NCBI GenBank assembly: GCA_964016885.1
Contig: OZ024740.1
Location: forward strand, 23,002,001 to 23,066,000
Reading direction: 5' to 3'
Length of the DNA: 64,000 bases
Origin: Eledone cirrhosa
Taxonomy: Eukaryota
Shown: positions 60,301-64,000 of the stretch, piece after piece
Layout: each line of letters begins with the position of its first letter
Numbering within the stretch: position 1 is the first letter of the stretch
Program-made: the position numbers and the translations under genes
The notes under the pieces: generated by a model
What the model was told of the DNA's origin: nothing
Database searches by the model: none
The model's input: only the letters and a program-made list of their open reading frames with translations

Positions 60301-62148
60301 AGTAACTAGATCCAGTGATGGTATATGAACCAGTGGTAAGTAAATTCAGTGATGGTATATGAACCAGTAGTAAGTAGATTCATTGATGGTATATAAACCA
60401 GTGGTAAATAGATTCAGTGATGGTATATAAACCAGTGGTAAGTAGATTAAATGATGGTATATAAACCAGTGGTAAGTAGATTCAGTGATGGTATATGAAC
60501 CAGTGGTAAATAGATTCAGTGATGGTACATGAACCAGTGGTAAATAGATTCAGTGATGGTATGTGAACCAGTGGTAAGTAGATTCAGTGATGGTATGTGA
60601 ACCAGTGGTAAGTAGATTCAGTGATGGTATAATAACAAGTGGCAAGTAGATTCAGTGATGGTATATAACCCATTGGTAAGTAGATTCAGTGATGGTATAT
60701 GAACCAGTAGTAAGTAGAATCAGTGATGGTATATAAACCAGTGGTAAGTAGATTCAGTGATGGTATATGAACCAGTAGCAAGTAGATTCAGTGATGGTAT
60801 ATGAACCAGTAGTAAGTAGATTCAGTGATGATATATGAACCAGCAATAAGTAGATTCAGTGATGGTATATAAACCAGTGGTAAGTAGATTCAGTGATGGT
60901 ATATAAACCAGTAGTAAGTAGATTCAGTGATGGTATATGAACAAGTGGTAAGTAGATTCAGTGATGGTATATAAACCAGTGGTAAGTAGATTCAGTGATG
61001 GTATATGTACAAGTAGTAAGTAGATTCAGTGATGGTATATAAACCAGTGGTAAGTAGATTCAGTGATGGTATATGAATGAGTGGTAAATATATTCAGTTA
61101 TGGTATATAAACCAGTGGTAAGTAGATTCAGTGATGGCATATGAACCAGTGGTAAGTTGATTCAGTGATGGTATATGAACCAGTGGTAAACATATTCAGT
61201 GATGGTATATAAACCAGTGGTAAGTTGATTCAGTGATGGTATATGAACCAGTGGTAAATAGATTCAGTGATGGTATATAAACAAGTGGTAAGTAGATTCA
61301 GTGATGGTATATGAACCAGTGGTAAATATATTCAGTGATGGTATATAAACCAGTGGTAAGTAGATTCAGTGATGGTATATGAATCAGTGGTAAGTAGATT
61401 CAGTAATGGTATATGAACCAGTGGTAAGTTGATTCAGTGATGGTATATAAACCAGTGGAAAGTAGATTCAGTAATGGTATATAAACCAGCGGTAAGCAGA
61501 TTCAGTGATGGTATATGAACCAGTGGTAAGTAGATTCAGTGATGGTATATGAACCAGTGGTAAGTATATTCAGTGATGGTATATGAACCAGTGGTAAGTA
61601 GATTCAGTGATGGTATATAGACCACTAGTAAGTAGATTAGGTGATGGTATATAAACCAGTAGTAAGTAGATTCAGTGATGGTATATAAACCAGTGGTAAA
61701 TAGATTCAGTGATGGTATATGAACCAGTGGTAAGTAGATTCAGTGATGGTATATGAACCAGTGGTAAGTAGATTCAGTGATGGTATATGAACCAGTGGTA
61801 AGTAGATTCAGTGATGGTATATGAACCAGTGGTAAGTAGATTCAGTGATGGTATATAAACCAGTGGTAAGTAGATTCAGTGATGGTATATAAACCAGTGG
61901 TAAGTAGATTCAGTGATGGTATATGAACCAGTGGTAAATAGATTCAGTGATGATATATGAATCAGTGGTAAGTAGATTCAGTGATGGTATATGAACCAGT
62001 GGTAAGTAGATTCAGTGATGGTATATGAACCAGTGGTAAGTAGATTCAGTGATGGTATATGAACCAGTGGAATGTAGATTCAGTGATGGTATATGAACCA
62101 GTGGTAAGTAGATTCAGTGATGGTATATGAACCAGTGGAATGTAGATT

Positions 62149-62184
62149 CAAATGTTTCACCTTCCGTATAAGGTGAAACATTTG
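62149..62184. repeat. Perfect 15-bp inverted repeat with 6-nt loop at the satellite terminus
   Basis: CAAATGTTTCACCTT (62149-62163), loop CCGTAT, AAGGTGAAACATTTG (62170-62184). Overlaps the last two satellite bases. Confidence 0.95.
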
Positions 62185-62223
62185 TTCTCCGTAATGGTGA
62201 ACTAAATGTTGTGGAACTACTTC

Positions 62224-62408
<185 letters not shown>

Positions 62409-62541
62409 ATATCTATAGCGACATCTCTGTGTATATCGATGTTGTGGTATTAACGTTTCACACTATTGAGTGCTTTGTGAATGCCTCAAACAATTCGTTT
62501 CGGATCTGCTATACAGCGGCTACAACTTCGATTCATACCTG

Positions 62542-62558
62542 TTATTATTATTATTATT
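62542..62558. repeat. (TTA)n microsatellite immediately upstream of SINE
   Basis: TTATTATTATTATTATT. Confidence 0.85.
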
Positions 62559-62561
62559 TAT

Positions 62562-62770
62562 TGGTTGAGTCAGTAGAGCGTCGGACAGCAGTTGAGCAGC
62601 ATCGAGTTGCGTCCCTTTATGTTCTGAGTTCAAACCCGGCCAAAGTAAACTTTGCCTTTCATCATTACGGGGTCGATAAAATAAAGTACCAGTAATAAAC
62701 TGGGATCGATCTAATCGACTTACCCCTCCCCCAAAATTGTTGGCAATGTGCCTCAATCAGAAACCATTAT
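62562..62770 (+). mobile_element. tRNA-derived SINE copy (diverged; resembles abundant octopus SINE)
   Basis: A-box-like TGGTTGAGTCAG (62562-62573) and B-box GTTCAAACC (62628-62636). Body CTTTGCCTTTCATC..GGGGTCGATAAAATAAAGTACCAGT..CTGGGATCGATCTAATCGACTTACCCCTCCCC recalled from Octopus genomic repeats, not database-checked. Short dyads CAAAGT/ACTTTG, CCAGT/ACTGG, TCGAT/ATCGA. Confidence 0.78.
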
Positions 62771-62771
62771 A

Positions 62772-62923
<152 letters not shown>

Positions 62924-63014
62924 GTGGGTGAGTGGTTGGAGAATTGTTTTCGTAATCGTGAGGCTGGGCGGACTGGGCGATGCGTTATGTCCTTGGGCAA
63001 GAGACTTTGTTTAC
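62924..63014 (+). mobile_element. Degenerate 5' fragment of a second tRNA-derived SINE
   Basis: tRNA D-arm/A-box-like GTGGGTGAGTGGTT (62924-62937); B-box not recognisable; followed by GCGTTATGTCCTTGGGCAAGAGACTT, similar to the GTCCTTG(A/G)GCAAGACACTT motif I recall following tRNA heads in many metazoan SINEs. Confidence 0.55.
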
Positions 63015-63046
63015 GTATAGATATATCTTCGTATAGACATATCTTC

Positions 63047-63104
63047 TCACACTCACACACACACACACACTCATACTTACACATTCACACATTCTCCCAC
63101 ACAC
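63047..63104. repeat. Degenerate (CA)n tract
   Basis: TCACACTCACACACACACAC...ACACATTCACAC...CCCACACAC. Confidence 0.8.
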
Positions 63105-63260
63105 TTAAACAGACATGTACAAAACCCCTTTTTAAGGGAGACTACTCTTTATCCATCTAACCTTAACTCTTTGACATTAGAGATAGAACAGATACTCCAT
63201 ACCATTTCCTGTCAGCAAGACTTGGCAAGCTATTTAGAACACTGGTTTATCCACTTTACT

Positions 63261-63298
63261 TCCCTCCGAAGAAGAGATATTATCTCGAAAATTAAGGA
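63261..63298 (+). ncRNA. Degenerate minimal type I hammerhead-like motif
   Basis: CCGAAGA (63266-63272; U4 to C versus CUGANGA), extra A, stem II GAGAT/ATT/ATCTC, GAAA (63287-63290), palindromic AATT in place of stem III, UA, and weak stem I CCT/AGG. Confidence 0.45.
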
Positions 63299-63405
63299 CA
63301 ATAAGATAAATCTAAGGTAAAAGACTAATTGTCAACAATATCTTTTGCATTTGCATTTATATTCTATGTCCATACCTGCATTGTTTTGGCTTTACAAACT
63401 CAAAC

Positions 63406-63408
<3 letters not shown>

Positions 63409-63448
<40 letters not shown>
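63409..63448. repeat. (TA)n microsatellite abutting the hammerhead
   Basis: Pure TA run of about 40 bp. Confidence 0.97.
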
Positions 63449-63451
<3 letters not shown>

Positions 63452-63598
63452 GCTTCTACAGGACTAGAACTGTTTCATTCGGGAGAATTCATCAGGAAGC
63501 CTTCCTGTAGAAGCCTTTCTTTATTAAATATTTATACTCTGCTTCGTATTGAGTACCTTACATACTGTGGTTACCCCCTATTGAACCCGGGATATACT
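63448..63598. mobile_element. Probable Penelope-like element pseudo-LTR / retrozyme remnant between (TA)n tracts
   Basis: About 150-bp island with a hammerhead and a 16-bp inverted duplication (63448-63463 / 63503-63518). Type I hammerheads and inverted truncated termini are known features of Penelope-like elements. No RT or GIY-YIG coding sequence seen. Confidence 0.55.
63449..63503 (-). ncRNA. Type I hammerhead ribozyme (complete catalytic core, GUA cleavage triplet)
   Basis: Minus strand: AAGGCTTC-CTGATGA-ATTC(TCCC)GAAT-GAA-ACAG(TTCTAGTC)CTGT-A-GAAGCCTT. Stem I 8 bp, stem II 4 bp, stem III 4 bp; all conserved core bases present. Predicted cut between 63457 and 63456. Confidence 0.88.
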
Positions 63599-63635
63599 TA
63601 TATATATATATATATATTCATATAAATATATATTC

Positions 63636-63714
<79 letters not shown>

Positions 63715-63745
63715 TAAATATATATTTATATATATTTATAAATAT

Positions 63746-63817
<72 letters not shown>

Positions 63818-63856
63818 TAAATATATATTTATATATATTTATAAATATATATATAT
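63599..63856. repeat. Long interrupted (TA)n with internal duplications
   Basis: TATTCATATAAATATA twice (63615-63646); AAATATAAATATATATTTATATATATTTATAAAT block at 63710 and 63813. Confidence 0.95.
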
Positions 63857-63904
63857 TATGGATACTGTTGGCTTTTTGCTACAATGTTATCTATACCTTT
63901 CATT

Positions 63905-63926
63905 TATATATATATATATATATATA
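63905..63926. repeat. (TA)n microsatellite
   Basis: Directly visible. Confidence 0.9.
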
Positions 63927-64000
63927 ACGAAGGAAATGGGGTAAGGAACCATATGGACCATAACGCACCAAAGTACTCACTACTTAGGGTAGTAGAGTGG

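Larger units (their letters stand above)
1..62150 (+). repeat. 34-bp tandem satellite array, about 1830 monomers, single orientation, continues beyond left edge
   Basis: ATTCAG recurs at 61, 95, 129... (period 34). Consensus GATTCAGTGATGGTATATGAACCAGTGGTAAGTA (10 G, 3 C, 11 A, 10 T; no CpG). Variation is mostly point substitutions plus rare 33-bp monomers. Ends at ...TGTAGATTCA (62150). Confidence 0.99.

Noticed and set aside
1-62150. CRISPR array
   Set aside because: Monomers are directly adjacent with no unique spacers, there are no cas genes, and the context is eukaryotic.
1-62150. Telomeric repeat or G-quadruplex array
   Set aside because: G-skewed but only GG runs, no TTAGGG-like unit, and a variant/duplication pattern unlike telomerase products.
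1-62184. Satellite monomer or junction hairpin as a hammerhead/retrozyme
   Set aside because: No CTGANGA plus GAAA arrangement on either strand of the consensus; the junction has GAAAC but no upstream core.
62562-62640. Functional tRNA gene
   Set aside because: A/B-box-like motifs are present but there is no cloverleaf, and it continues into a SINE body.
63014-63045. 16-bp tandem duplication CGTATAGA(T/C)ATATCTT as a target-site duplication
   Set aside because: Copies are adjacent and flank nothing; simple slippage.
63240-63250. CACTGGTTTAT matches the reverse complement of a satellite variant
   Set aside because: Only 11 nt with no convincing extension; too weak to claim the satellite derives from this element.
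63102-63320. Stop-free + frame ([10 protein letters not shown]...KINLR*) as a Penelope ORF remnant
   Set aside because: No start codon and no RT or GIY-YIG motif recognisable; length compatible with chance.

Overview
Eukaryotic, non-coding window with no credible protein-coding gene. Bases 1-~62150 are one head-to-tail 34-bp satellite array (consensus GATTCAGTGATGGTATATGAACCAGTGGTAAGTA, about 1830 monomers, open at the left edge). Rare variants reveal nested higher-order duplications (offsets about 2.2-2.4, 3.6, 8.9, 9.2-9.4 and 37.4 kb). The array stops abruptly inside a perfect 15-bp inverted repeat. The last 1.85 kb is microsatellite-rich. It holds two tRNA-like SINE remnants (resembling, from memory, Octopus SINEs; taxon is inference), a complete type I hammerhead ribozyme fold on the minus strand (63449-63503) with a 16-nt antisense arm over its cleavage site, and a second degenerate hammerhead-like motif on the plus strand. 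These suggest Penelope-like/retrozyme remnants embedded in (TA)n. All listed ORFs appear to be repeat artefacts.
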